Source of the DNA: Fidelibacterota bacterium | Lineage (GTDB): Bacteria; Fidelibacterota; Marinisomatia; Marinisomatales; TCS55 | Length of the DNA: 64,000 nt | Direction: 5' to 3' | Assembly: GCA_014381755.1 (NCBI GenBank) | Contig: JACNLB010000120.1 | Span: forward strand, 60,150-124,149 | Shown: positions 20,747 to 31,300 of the stretch, piece by piece | Layout: every line of letters starts with the position of its first letter | Position numbering within the stretch: position 1 is the first letter of the stretch | Translations under genes and position numbers: made by a program | The notes under the pieces: model-generated | What the model saw: only the letters and a program-made list of their open reading frames with translations | Told to the model about the DNA's origin: nothing | Databases searched by the model: none

Positions 20747-21292
20747 ATGGATATAAAGTCTTCATTTACAAAACAGGATTTGCTTGATATCGGCTCCGGG
20801 AAAATGTTCGGTAAAGCCAATGGGAAATTACCTACACCGCCTATGCTGATGATGGACCGTATTTTGGAAATTTCAGATTCAGGTGGAAAATACGGCAATG
20901 GGTTTATCAAAGCAGAATTGGATATTGACCCGAAGAAGTGGTTTTTTGATTGTCATTTTGTAAACGATCCCGTCATGCCTGGTTGTTTAGGATTAGATGG
21001 TTTTTGGCAATTGGTTGGATTTTTTCTTTCTTGGGCAGGCGGGAAAGGTCGCGGTAGAGCATTGGGTGTAAAGGATGTAAAGTTTAAAGGGCAGGTTAGA
21101 CCTTATCATGATAAAATTACATATCAGATAGATATTCGAAAATTTATCACTCGCCCAATGTTTATGGCATGGGGAGATGCAGTATTACGCGTAAAAGATA
21201 AAACTATATATTTTGCCAAAGATCTTCAGGTTGGTTTATTTGAAAAACTGGTATGGGATACCGGTATGGATCCCTCACTCGACCCCTTTTAA
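20747..21292 (+). CDS. fabA: 3-hydroxyacyl-ACP dehydratase/isomerase FabA (start MDIKS at 20747)
   Basis: LP.PPMLMMDRI, WFFDCHF..DPVMPGCLGLDG.WQLVGF (FabA-type catalytic Asp), GRGRALGV. Confidence 0.92.
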   Translation: MDIKSSFTKQDLLDIGSGKMFGKANGKLPTPPMLMMDRILEISDSGGKYGNGFIKAELDIDPKKWFFDCHFVNDPVMPGCLGLDGFWQLVGFFLSWAGGKGRGRALGVKDVKFKGQVRPYHDKITYQIDIRKFITRPMFMAWGDAVLRVKDKTIYFAKDLQVGLFEKLVWDTGMDPSLDPF

Positions 21293-21311
21293 ATAACAGA
21301 CGACAAAAAAT

Positions 21312-22412
21312 ATGGCCTTACGATGCGGTATTGTTGGTTTACCCAATGTGGGTAAGTCTACCATTTTTAACGCTCTGACAGCTTCGTCTGTCCCTGCTGA
21401 AAATTATCCATTTTGTACAATTGATCCCCATGTGGGCATCGTAGAACTTCCCGACCCTCGGCTGGGTAAATTAGCTGAAATCTTCAAACCGAAAAAGGTA
21501 ACCCCAGCCGCAGTAGAATTCACAGACATTGCCGGGTTGGTCCGGGGAGCCAGTAAAGGAGAAGGATTGGGAAATCAATTTCTGGGACAGATTCGACAAG
21601 TATCGGCTATCATTCATGTGGTTCGTTGTTTTGATGATAGCAATGTGACACACGTTGAAGGAGAGGTGGGTCCCGTTCGTGATGCTGAACTAATTGAAAC
21701 GGAACTTCTATTGGCGGATTTGGAAACACTGGAAAGGCGTTATTCAAAAGCTGAAAAAGGATTGAAATCCGGCGTTAAAAAAGAACACAAAGAATTTGAT
21801 GTTATCAAACGGCTTTTGGATCATTGTAATGCAGGTCACAGGGCTCGGACATTCATTGCTGATGAAGAAGAAATAGTCATCGTTCGATCATTACACTTAC
21901 TTACACGTAAACCCATTTTATACGTTGCCAATGTGGATGAAGCTGAAATTACACATGATAAACGAGGCAAATTGGAACAGCAGTTAGTGGAATTCGCTGA
22001 AAAAGAAGGGAACCTTGCTATTCGCCTCTGTGGAAAACTGGAACAGGAAATTGCTGTTTTAACCGACGATGAAAAAACGATATTCCTTGAAGAATTTAAT
22101 CTCCCGGAGCCGGGGCTGAATAAACTCATTCATGCTGGATTTAGACTGCTTGAGTTGGAAACATTTTTTACCGGAGGGGATGTGGAAGTCCGAGCGTGGA
22201 CTATCAAACAAGGCGCCACTGCGCCGGAAGCAGCAGGTGAAATTCATACTGATTTTCAACGTGGATTCATAAAAGCTGAAGTAATCAAATACAATGACCT
22301 GATACGGCTGGGGTCAGAAAAAGCAGTGAAAGAAGAGGGATTGGCAAAATTGCAAGGCAAAGGGTATTTAGTTGCGGATGGTGATTGTATCTATTTCCAT
22401 TTCAATGTGTAG
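21312..22412 (+). CDS. ychF: Redox-regulated ATPase YchF
   Basis: CGIVGLPNVGKST, ENYPFCTIDP, DIAGLVRGASKGEGLGNQFL. Confidence 0.98.
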   Translation: MALRCGIVGLPNVGKSTIFNALTASSVPAENYPFCTIDPHVGIVELPDPRLGKLAEIFKPKKVTPAAVEFTDIAGLVRGASKGEGLGNQFLGQIRQVSAIIHVVRCFDDSNVTHVEGEVGPVRDAELIETELLLADLETLERRYSKAEKGLKSGVKKEHKEFDVIKRLLDHCNAGHRARTFIADEEEIVIVRSLHLLTRKPILYVANVDEAEITHDKRGKLEQQLVEFAEKEGNLAIRLCGKLEQEIAVLTDDEKTIFLEEFNLPEPGLNKLIHAGFRLLELETFFTGGDVEVRAWTIKQGATAPEAAGEIHTDFQRGFIKAEVIKYNDLIRLGSEKAVKEEGLAKLQGKGYLVADGDCIYFHFNV

Positions 22413-22420
22413 TTTCTGAT

Positions 22421-22897
22421 ATGTGGTTTTTCATGATTCTATCTTATATAATGATTGCGTTGGCTGGAGTCGGGTTAGCGTTTGTTGGACTAAACCACTA
22501 TATGAATATCTGGTCCACAACTCATATTACACTCGACTTATTGGTGAGTATCATTTTCATCGCAGCTCAAACGTTGGTCATGTTCTTTTTTGTAGGAACA
22601 GGTGTCAATATTAAAGAATACACCCAAACCCATCCCGAGATTGGCGATAAATTTTATAAAGGTGTATTAGGAATCAAACGCACGCTCTATCCGCCCACAA
22701 TGATGGTTACAATGCTTTTTATGGCGACAGTTATTTTAGACGGTGCATTTTTTCTGAATAAAGTTAGTGAATGGTGGTTTCACATTCTTTACTGGCTTAC
22801 ACTATATTATTATATAAAAGCGACGCTAGTCCAGCATAAGGCCTTTATTGGCAGTACGAATATTGTTTTGGCTATGACAGGAGCTGTACGGAAATAA
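22421..22897 (+). CDS. Hypothetical 4-TM membrane protein
   Basis: ATG 8 nt after the ychF stop; four hydrophobic segments. Confidence 0.7.
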   Translation: MWFFMILSYIMIALAGVGLAFVGLNHYMNIWSTTHITLDLLVSIIFIAAQTLVMFFFVGTGVNIKEYTQTHPEIGDKFYKGVLGIKRTLYPPTMMVTMLFMATVILDGAFFLNKVSEWWFHILYWLTLYYYIKATLVQHKAFIGSTNIVLAMTGAVRK

Positions 22898-22923
22898 AAA
22901 AAGAGCTGAAAATCAGCTCTTTT
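22897..22923. terminator. Bidirectional intrinsic terminator
   Basis: AAAAGAGCTGA-AAA-TCAGCTCTTTT between convergent genes. Confidence 0.75.
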
Positions 22924-22950
22924 AAAAAACACTTTTTATATGGATGATGT

Positions 22951-23520
22951 TTAGTCTTCGTCGTCCTCATATTCGTAGTCGTCATCCTCATCAAAATAAT
23001 AGGGATAAGCATAATCATATTCTTCATATTCATCGTAGTCTTCCTCTTCCTCATCATCCTCTTCTTTTTCCGCTTCCTGCTTGACCACAATAACCCGCGG
23101 ATCATCGTCCCCCTGTAAAGCTTTATCCACTAGCTCCTGTTCTCGGTCAGTCAGAGCGTGATCGCTAACACCTATGCGCTGACGATAGAGTAGGCCGGTC
23201 AATGTGCCAAAGAAAAGAACCAAAAGAGCCATAATAGATCCTTCTGCTTTAAATTCTATTCCGCCCCAGATGTTCTGCTCCCAGCCGAAATTCATAAAAA
23301 CAGCCAAAGCCAGTAGTACTCCAAAAAGAATAATAAAATTGCCCATTGTGTCCGGAGCAGCTGTTTCCATAACGGCCAGATAAAGAAGCCAGATCAGAAT
23401 CCCGGCTACTGCAAAGAAAATTCCCAGTACAAAATTTTCTGCAATAATAGACAGAACAAACCCTATAAGGGCTCCGAATGGAATTAGAAAACCAATACCT
23501 GTTTTGACGTTAGTCGCCAT
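22951..23520 (-). CDS. Hypothetical 4-TM membrane protein with Asp/Glu/Tyr-rich tail
   Basis: Four TM segments, SD-like GAGG upstream, tail EEEDYDEYEEYDY. Confidence 0.75.
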   Translation of the reverse strand: MATNVKTGIGFLIPFGALIGFVLSIIAENFVLGIFFAVAGILIWLLYLAVMETAAPDTMGNFIILFGVLLALAVFMNFGWEQNIWGGIEFKAEGSIMALLVLFFGTLTGLLYRQRIGVSDHALTDREQELVDKALQGDDDPRVIVVKQEAEKEEDDEEEEDYDEYEEYDYAYPYYFDEDDDYEYEDDED

Positions 23521-23714
23521 AAATAATGCTTTTACCTCGGTTCATTTAGATTGTCTTACCTCGAATGATAGACGAAAATTGGATGTTTTCTGAAGGAAAA
23601 GCAAGGGAAAATTGGTGAATTGATTAACGACAGTATTCTGCACTTACAAACAGGATAAGAACATGTATAAAATTGGTTAACTGTGCAATAAACAATGTAA
23701 TTTCTTTAATAAAT

Positions 23715-24704
23715 ATGAAAAACAATCTTCCGAAAATCGGCGTGGTAGGCGTAGGCCATTTAGGCCGGCACCATGTAAAACACCTATCCAATAATAATAC
23801 AATATCTTTCTCTGGAATAAATGATGTGGATTCTGGGCGGGCCAAAGAAATTGCAGTTGAATACAATTGCAATTTATATGATTCGCTCGATGTTTTATTA
23901 AACGAGTGCGATGCTGTAACAATTGTAACGCCAACACATACCCATGCCAAGGTTGCTGAAAAATGCATCCATGCAGGAAAACATGTTTTTATTGAAAAAC
24001 CAATTACAAAAACGGTACAGGAAGCTGATCTCCTTCTGCAGCTGGCCGATAAAAATAATGTAATAATCCAAGTAGGTCATATTGAGCGGCTAAACCCGGC
24101 ATTAATTCCCCTAAAAGATTTTGAACTAAACCCAAACTATATTGAAGTCCAGCGCTTGGCTCCTTATACGGTGCGGGGCACCGATGTGCCTGTCGTTTTG
24201 GATTTGATGATCCATGATATTGATATCATTTTATCTTTGGTTGATTCACCGGTAAAAAATATTCGCGCCAGTGGAGTTTCTATTTTATCTGATTCTGTAG
24301 ATATTGCCAACGCACGCCTCCGATTTGAAAACGGCACTGTTGCCAGTATAACATCCAGTCGAATTGCCCGGGATAAAGTCCGAAAAATTAAGATTTTTCA
24401 AAAAGACATGTATGTGACGATAGATTTCCTTTTGGGGCTTACAGAAATCTATCGCGTTCTTGATGAAGATCAGGATGATCCTGCCGCTTTAGAAACAGCT
24501 TCCTTGGAAGCGTATGGAAATCATAAAAAGATTGTATATGAAAAACCGGATATCAATCCGTTTGATGCGTTGGAAATGGAGCTTTCAAATTTTATTGCAT
24601 CTATTAAGGGAGAACAAACACCTATAGTGGATGGTCAGGCCGGCCGGGAAGCTTTGGATGTTGCTATCAAAATTCATGATATGATTTTGGAAGATATTCA
24701 TTGA
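23715..24704 (+). CDS. Gfo/Idh/MocA oxidoreductase, GnnA-like (UDP-GlcNAc 3-dehydrogenase candidate); start MKNNL at 23715
   Basis: GVGHLGRHH, HVFIEKPI, QVGHIERLNP, DVPVVLDLMIHDIDI; upstream of lpxB. Confidence 0.8.
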   Translation: MKNNLPKIGVVGVGHLGRHHVKHLSNNNTISFSGINDVDSGRAKEIAVEYNCNLYDSLDVLLNECDAVTIVTPTHTHAKVAEKCIHAGKHVFIEKPITKTVQEADLLLQLADKNNVIIQVGHIERLNPALIPLKDFELNPNYIEVQRLAPYTVRGTDVPVVLDLMIHDIDIILSLVDSPVKNIRASGVSILSDSVDIANARLRFENGTVASITSSRIARDKVRKIKIFQKDMYVTIDFLLGLTEIYRVLDEDQDDPAALETASLEAYGNHKKIVYEKPDINPFDALEMELSNFIASIKGEQTPIVDGQAGREALDVAIKIHDMILEDIH

Positions 24705-25279
24705 TGGATATTCGCAATTTCTTTTTCGAAAACCGTAGTTATACCCCAATTCCTTTGGCAATATTAATCATCTATTTTTCGCAACCGGCACTGCCTTATC
24801 TTTTGTATGGATTGACTTGTTTAGCTGTGGGTGAATTCATTCGTTTCTGGGCGGTAAGCTATGCCGGGGGAATTACCCGGACAACGAAAGTGGGTGCCCC
24901 AGCTCTTTGTTCTTCCGGTCCGTTCGCTCATGTTCGAAATCCGCTATACATTGGAAATTTATTCGATTTCACCGGAATTGTTCTTATGGCAGGCGCACCT
25001 AATATTTGGGTAATGCTCATTGTTACGTGGGCATTTTTCATCATTCAATATGCTCTCATTATCGATCTTGAAGAGGAAACATTAACGGAGTTATTTGGGG
25101 CTAAATATGAATTATACAAATCAAATGTTCCCCAGCTTATTCCAAGGCTTTCTCCTTGGAAAAGTGAAGACAGTCGGACACCAATGTCTTTCGGAAAAAC
25201 TTTAAAAACTGAAAAACGCACGCTGCAAAATATTCTTCTCATTTTTATTATTATCCTTATACGTCAACAGTTTGTGTGA
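24704..25279 (+). CDS. ICMT/PEMT-family membrane methyltransferase (lipid A phosphate methyltransferase LmtA-like candidate)
   Basis: GPFAHVRNPLYIGN, EEE.L...FG..Y..Y..NVP..IP; TGATG overlap with the upstream gene. Confidence 0.8.
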   Translation: MDIRNFFFENRSYTPIPLAILIIYFSQPALPYLLYGLTCLAVGEFIRFWAVSYAGGITRTTKVGAPALCSSGPFAHVRNPLYIGNLFDFTGIVLMAGAPNIWVMLIVTWAFFIIQYALIIDLEEETLTELFGAKYELYKSNVPQLIPRLSPWKSEDSRTPMSFGKTLKTEKRTLQNILLIFIIILIRQQFV

Positions 25280-25317
25280 CTTTGATTCGAATTATTAAAA
25301 ATCAGTAGTCTCTTTCC

Positions 25318-26439
25318 ATGACATCAAAGCAAAACACCATTTTTTTCCTCGTAGCTGGAGAAGAGTCCGGAGATATTCATGGCGCTCGACTCATTTCTGC
25401 GCTGAAAGAAAAATGCCCCGATGCGTCCTTTGTGGGTCATGGCGGAAACAAGATGAAAGCTGCAGGAATGGAGATTATTGAGCACGTTGATAACCTGGCA
25501 ATGATGGGTTTTACAGAAGTAATAAAGCATCTCCCTTATATGGTAAATGTCATGGGAAAAACATTGGGGAAAATTCAGAAAATAAAACCCCATCGCTTAA
25601 TTCTTATTGATTACCCTGGGTTTAACTTACGTTTGGCAAAGAATGTTCATCCTTTAGGATTGCCTATCACATATTTTATTATGCCTCAAGTTTGGGCATG
25701 GAAAGAAAAACGGGTGAAAACAATCCGTAAATATGTTGATCAGGCATTATGCATTTTCCCCTTTGAACAAGAATGGTTTGAACAACGGGGAGTTAATGCA
25801 CATTTTGTAGGTCATCCCTTTACAGAATTCCACAAACCTTCAATAAATAAAGAAGATTTTTTCCATAAACATAGTTTGGATAATGATAAACCGTTGTTGG
25901 TTCTTTTTCCTGGCAGCAGACAACAAGAAATAGATCGTCATCTTCCCGTTTTTAAAAAAACAGTCTCTTTGCTAAATGATGATAATCTTCAAATCATCAT
26001 CGGCAAGGCGCCGCAGGTTTCACTACCATCCATTCCCAATCACTGGAAAATTGAAGACAAGGATACAAGCCTTTGCCTGGAATATGGGACCGCCGTATTA
26101 ACTTCTTCAGGAACCGCTACGCTACAATCTGCCGTTCAGGATATACCGGCTGTTGTGAGCTATAAACTTTCTGCCGGAAGTTGGTTCCTGGCCAAAAATT
26201 TGTCAAAAGTACCGTTTGCAGCAATGACAAACCTTATTGCCGGAAAACAAATTGTACCGGAATTTCTTCAGAATGAAATGACACGGGAAAATCTAGCTGA
26301 CGCCGTTAGACCATTACTTAATAATTCTTCTGAAAGAAAAAATATGCTTATGGGCTACGAAGAAGTTCGGAGAACATTGGGTATGCCGGGAGCCTACGAA
26401 CGTGCGGCAGAAGCTATTTTGTCCAAAACAATTCATTAA
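25318..26439 (+). CDS. lpxB: Lipid A disaccharide synthase
   Basis: VAGEESGDIHG, IDYPGFN, PQVWAWK..R, FVGHP, PGSR..E. Confidence 0.96.
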   Translation: MTSKQNTIFFLVAGEESGDIHGARLISALKEKCPDASFVGHGGNKMKAAGMEIIEHVDNLAMMGFTEVIKHLPYMVNVMGKTLGKIQKIKPHRLILIDYPGFNLRLAKNVHPLGLPITYFIMPQVWAWKEKRVKTIRKYVDQALCIFPFEQEWFEQRGVNAHFVGHPFTEFHKPSINKEDFFHKHSLDNDKPLLVLFPGSRQQEIDRHLPVFKKTVSLLNDDNLQIIIGKAPQVSLPSIPNHWKIEDKDTSLCLEYGTAVLTSSGTATLQSAVQDIPAVVSYKLSAGSWFLAKNLSKVPFAAMTNLIAGKQIVPEFLQNEMTRENLADAVRPLLNNSSERKNMLMGYEEVRRTLGMPGAYERAAEAILSKTIH

Positions 26440-26472
26440 TAAGAATGAAAAAATAATGACATAACACTGTAT

Positions 26473-26644
26473 TTTTCACCACCCTTAAATCCCTGCCGGC
26501 TGGAAACGAAGCGTAGGCAGGTGGGGAGGTGAGTCAATACTGAAGAAATACTTTAAATTTAAATGAATAACTAAACATGGATATCTCATTACAAAAACGG
26601 TTACACACCTCCCTTATAATTTGGGAAACACAAGTGGGTGAAAA
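26473..26644. repeat. Degenerate inverted REP-like doublet with nested CCTGCC..GGCAGG palindrome
   Basis: TTTTCACC..GGAGGTG (26473-26531) and inverted partner (26606-26644); nested palindrome 26492-26521. Confidence 0.5.
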
Positions 26645-27289
26645 ATGAAGAAAAAGATTCTGTTTTTTCTAGGTGTGTTTTTTGGCAAATGGGCCTTGAA
26701 GTTTTTGTATGGCACCAACCGCTGGATTATCGAAGGTGATGGTCAAATTGAAAAATTACGAGCTGAAGGAAAGTCCATTATTTTTACGACGTGGCATGGT
26801 AATCTATTGCCGGGTTATTTATATGTGGCGGACAAGCAGCCTTATGGCGTGGCGGGAAAACATGGCGATGCAGAAATCATTTCACGTATTGCTGTAAAAT
26901 TAGGTTATATACCTATCCGGGGTTCGAGTTCGGATGGCGGTCGGGAAGCCTATACGAAAATTGTAAATGTACTTAATAAAAAAGGCTCCCTTGTGTTTAT
27001 CACGCCAGATGGACCCAAAGGACCGGCCAAAGAACTAAAACCCGGAACTGTAAAAGCCGCCATGCGAACCGGTGCCATAATATTGCCCACCGGAAGTTAT
27101 GCTTCAAAACATTGGTCCTCTACAAACTGGGATACGTTTTACGTGGCTAAACCATTTGGTAAAATTCACTTGCTGATTGGCGAACCGCTGATGTTTTCTG
27201 AAAATGACAATTTTGATGAATGCTCAAACAAATTAAAAAAAGAACTAGACAGGTTGGAAGAGGAGGCAAAGAATCGTGCCGCAGTTTGA
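26645..27289 (+). CDS. DUF374 lysophospholipid acyltransferase family (LpxJ-like)
   Basis: WHG, H.DAE, IRGSSS.GG, ITPDGPKGP, KPFG; lies between lpxB and lpxK. Confidence 0.85.
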   Translation: MKKKILFFLGVFFGKWALKFLYGTNRWIIEGDGQIEKLRAEGKSIIFTTWHGNLLPGYLYVADKQPYGVAGKHGDAEIISRIAVKLGYIPIRGSSSDGGREAYTKIVNVLNKKGSLVFITPDGPKGPAKELKPGTVKAAMRTGAIILPTGSYASKHWSSTNWDTFYVAKPFGKIHLLIGEPLMFSENDNFDECSNKLKKELDRLEEEAKNRAAV

Positions 27290-28307
27290 TCCTCAATCTA
27301 TAAAAAAATATCGTATGTTGCTTTGGCCTTTGGGTTTTTTCTATTGGTTGCTCATTTTCTGGCGGAATTTTTTCTATAATATTGGATTTTTTGTTTCGCG
27401 AAAACTCCCGTGTAAAGTGGTAAGTGTCGGGAATCTTTCTGTGGGCGGAACAGGAAAAACACCCTTTGTTTTATTTTTGGCGAATGCATTAAAAACCAAG
27501 GGTCTGAATGTGGCGGTTTTGAGCAGGGGTTATAAACGCAAGTCAACCGGAACACATATTGTCAGTGATGGAAATACGCTTAAATCTGATTTGCATACTA
27601 GTGGCGACGAGCCGTTTATGCTGGCGAATAAATTGCAGGATATTCCCGTTGTTGTGGATGAAAACCGCTATCGTGGAGGACAATTTATTTGTAATGAATA
27701 TAAACCGGATGTAATCATTCTGGATGATGCTTTTCAGCACAGGCGAGTTTTTCGGGATGTAGATATTGTTTTAATCAACAGTAATCACCGTCGTCCAAAA
27801 CTGCTGCCGTATGGATTGCTCCGGGAACCATTAAGAAATATAAAGCGTGCAGACGCAGTCATTTTCACTAAAGCTAATTTGACGCCTCCCGATGAAAAAT
27901 TAGTCAATTCAGTATCCAACTATTGCCGTTTTACTATGGAGTCTAACCTAATGCCAAATACGCAATTGATAGGATTAGATGGTTCAATAAAACCTGTAAG
28001 TGATTTAAATGGCCCTGTCGTGGCTGTGTCCGGCGTGGGTGATCCGGATAGTTTTGAAGTGATATTGGAAGAAGCTGGCTTGGATTATGTCCATCATTTT
28101 CGCCATGATGATCATGCGGATTATTCAGAAACAGATCTGGAAGTTATTCGGGAAGTGTTTTTAGCAGCTGAAGCCCAGGCAATTATTACGACAGAAAAAG
28201 ATTTAGCAAAACTTCTGGAGTTAAAAAACTTGCCTGTTTATGCTTTGCCGGTAAGTGTTTCCCTCAATACTGATAATGAAAATCAGTTAATAAGTTTAGT
28301 GGGTTAA
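27276..28307 (+). CDS. lpxK: Tetraacyldisaccharide 4'-kinase
   Basis: VGNLSVGGTGKTP, LSRGY, GDEP, LDDAFQH, TTEKD. Confidence 0.96.
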   Translation: MPQFDPQSIKKYRMLLWPLGFFYWLLIFWRNFFYNIGFFVSRKLPCKVVSVGNLSVGGTGKTPFVLFLANALKTKGLNVAVLSRGYKRKSTGTHIVSDGNTLKSDLHTSGDEPFMLANKLQDIPVVVDENRYRGGQFICNEYKPDVIILDDAFQHRRVFRDVDIVLINSNHRRPKLLPYGLLREPLRNIKRADAVIFTKANLTPPDEKLVNSVSNYCRFTMESNLMPNTQLIGLDGSIKPVSDLNGPVVAVSGVGDPDSFEVILEEAGLDYVHHFRHDDHADYSETDLEVIREVFLAAEAQAIITTEKDLAKLLELKNLPVYALPVSVSLNTDNENQLISLVG

Positions 28308-28310
28308 TGT

Positions 28311-28337
28311 GCCGTTATCATCCTGATAACGGTTTTT
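28311..28337. terminator. Intrinsic terminator between convergent genes
   Basis: GCCGTTATCA-TCC-TGATAACGGT followed by a T tract. Confidence 0.75.
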
Positions 28338-28341
28338 CTTC

Positions 28342-31300
28342 TTAGAACTGAGCTACACCCCAGGCGAACATAACGCCTACAAAGGTAAGCATGAGCGGCC
28401 AGCCGGTGTTCACAAATCGGCGGGCGTCGGGGTTTTCAAATACATGGATTTGAAATTGATGGGTTGTTGTAGCACCGCGGGCATCTATGGCAGTGATGAT
28501 TATATCATGAGGTCCGCGCTGATTGTTGCGGGGGCGCCATTTAAACAGTCCGCTCTTCTTATTAAAGGAGGCATATTTGGGTAATCGGATGGAACGAAAA
28601 GCCACACGGTCACCATTCAAATCTTCTACTACTACTTTATATCGGTATTCATAACCGGTTAAACCCACAGGTTTTGGTTTGGAGATAATTGAGGGCGGGA
28701 TATTGACAAACACCTGTCCGGATTGATTGTCTTTATGATACCCATCCGAAACCTCCACAGCAAATGAATGTTTATTCACTTGGGATGCTTTAGGAATCCA
28801 GACAATTTTCCCCGTGTTGGACATCTGCATTCCCTGGGGTCCCTTAATAAGTTCATAATGGAGTTCTGCATCAGCGTTTTTATCCTCTACCTGAATTTGG
28901 TATTTATACATTTCTTCAACTAACGCTACTTTCGGCGCTTGGGAAACAATCGTCGCCGGATGATTCACATACAGCTCAAATGATTGCTCATCTTTGGTAT
29001 ATCCATCAGACACAACTAATTTAATTGCATAGTTATCATATTGATCCTTGCCCGGCGTCCATAACAATGTTCCGGTAAATTCGTCCACTTCCATACCATC
29101 GGGAAATTCTTCTAATGTGTAGCGAATAGCGCTCCTGCGTTCCACGATTACTTTGGGCGGCTTACCTTTTGATCCCTGGAAGAATTCCCAGAGAACATCT
29201 TTAACACTTACAGAACGATCGTCTTTTTCTTCGATGATTACCATCAGCCGATCATCCTCCCAAAAAATGGAGTGGACATAGCGCTTCAAGTTCAGGCGGC
29301 TGAATTCCTCCGATTCCATATCGCCCTGGCTCGTAAGATATATAACGTCGGCGGCGTTCCAATCGCCGATGTAGCGATCCACATTTTCACGATACACATC
29401 ATCGGCAATATTGACTGCATACACTCGTGCTTTTTCTGTGTCTTCCAGTTTTACAACATGATCAAAAGGTAAAAGCGAACCTTTGTTCAGATCTGTTGTC
29501 ATAATTTTATATTTATACTGCTGTCCCACCGTTGCCTGCATGACCGGAATTGATACTAATTTAATAGGGGAATTGATGAAGAAATCTGCTTCAATTGTCC
29601 GGACATCTTTTCCGTCATCCACTTCAATTTTCAAGTGACCAAAGTCCATTTCATCCCGAGTGGGTTCCCAGCGCAAACGTCCGGTAAAAGGATCCATGCG
29701 CATACCGTCGGGCATTTCCACTGCCGTATATGTTAAGGCATCATTCACATTTGGGTCTGTTACCTCCAATTGAAAATCCCAGACATAGCCCAAATTAACT
29801 TTATTCATGGGGGGCGGTGCGCGATCAATAACCGGCGGATGGTTGACAAATAAAATTACTTCTTGCGTATCAGCTGCAACCCCATGGTTAGCAACTATTG
29901 CAAAATTTTGCGAATCAATTTGAGAAACAGCAGGCGTCCATTCGATTAATCCCAATTCAGACAATGTCATGCCTTCCGGATGATAAAGCATTTTATATGT
30001 CAGTTCCTGATCCAAATCCGGTCGCCACACATCCACTTGGTATTTAAATAATTCATTCACGCGAATAATGGAATCCGCCTCAGAGAGGATTATTACACCC
30101 GCTCTGGCAAACAGTTGAAACTCCTGGGCAGCGCGATCAAATCCATCGGAAGCGACAATGCGGACGTCATAAATATTCACATGGCTGCTGTCCGTTTGCC
30201 AATACAGGGCACCGCTGGAATCCATTTCCATTCCATCGGGAGAAACGTCCAGAGTAAACTGAATATTGGCATCTTGGTTGTAATCATTAATAATCGGAGA
30301 ATAGGTAAACAGCGACTTGGCGACAAATTCAGTAACGAGCGGTTCAGAAATAAATTCTGGTGAATCATTCACATAAATCCAAAGGCGTTCATCATACCCT
30401 TCTAAATGGGGAACAACTTTGTACGTGAGCAACGAATCGATCTCTTCAGATTCTAACTCAACCGTTTCGCCTGTTTTCATTTCTATGTGATATGCTAACT
30501 TGTAAGCTCCAAGTTGAGTTCCGTTTGGTACCCATTGGATAGAGCGTGTTTCATAATGGAAAAACATTCCTTTTGGAGGCGGAAGCAGCCAGCGAAAACT
30601 ATAAAATTGATTTGCTTCATCTTCCGGAATTGAATATACAAATAATTGTTCAACAGGAAGAACGTGCCTGGGCAAAACACCCTTGGGCAGCGGTTGTCCC
30701 AATGATTTTATCGGCTTAATACCGGCGGCGAGAGATCCAATCTCCCGTCCTTCGATTTCCGGGAAAATATCCAATAAATCTATGGGGTCAGTTAATGAAT
30801 CCCGGACGATTGGTTTGTCAATGGGCGGGGGTAAACCCAAGTCTGTTAGAAAAACAGATGTTTCATCTCCGTCCCAGCCGGCGGCAATGGACGTGCCCGT
30901 GTATTGACCTTGCTGTATAACCGGCAAAGCTGAAAAAACTTGAATATCCACTGTATCAACAGTGAGTGTAAAATAACTTTCACTTTTTTCTTCAGGAATT
31001 TCTGCACCAAAAGAAACGGTTATCATGTTCATTTCACCGGACACCAATAAAAGATCTGTATACGTATCCTGATCAAAATCAGCAATTTGTACATCGGAAA
31101 GAGGTCCTGCATCATTGGGAATATTATCTATATCAATCCCGGCTTGTGACATTGTTAATGCAATTAAATGACCGCTTTGAAAGGGAGCAATTACATCCAG
31201 AAACCCATCAGCATCCCAGTCTGTAATTGTAACCGAGCGATTAAGAAAACCATTCATTCCTGACACAATAATATGATTTGCTTCTCCCTGGATAAATGAA

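Noticed and set aside
20458-20910. 151-aa N-terminal extension of the SDR ORF overlapping fabA antisense
   Set aside because: The extension has no domain features, and the Rossmann motif begins right after Met at 20457. It is an ORF-caller artefact, as is the fabA extension 20609-20746.
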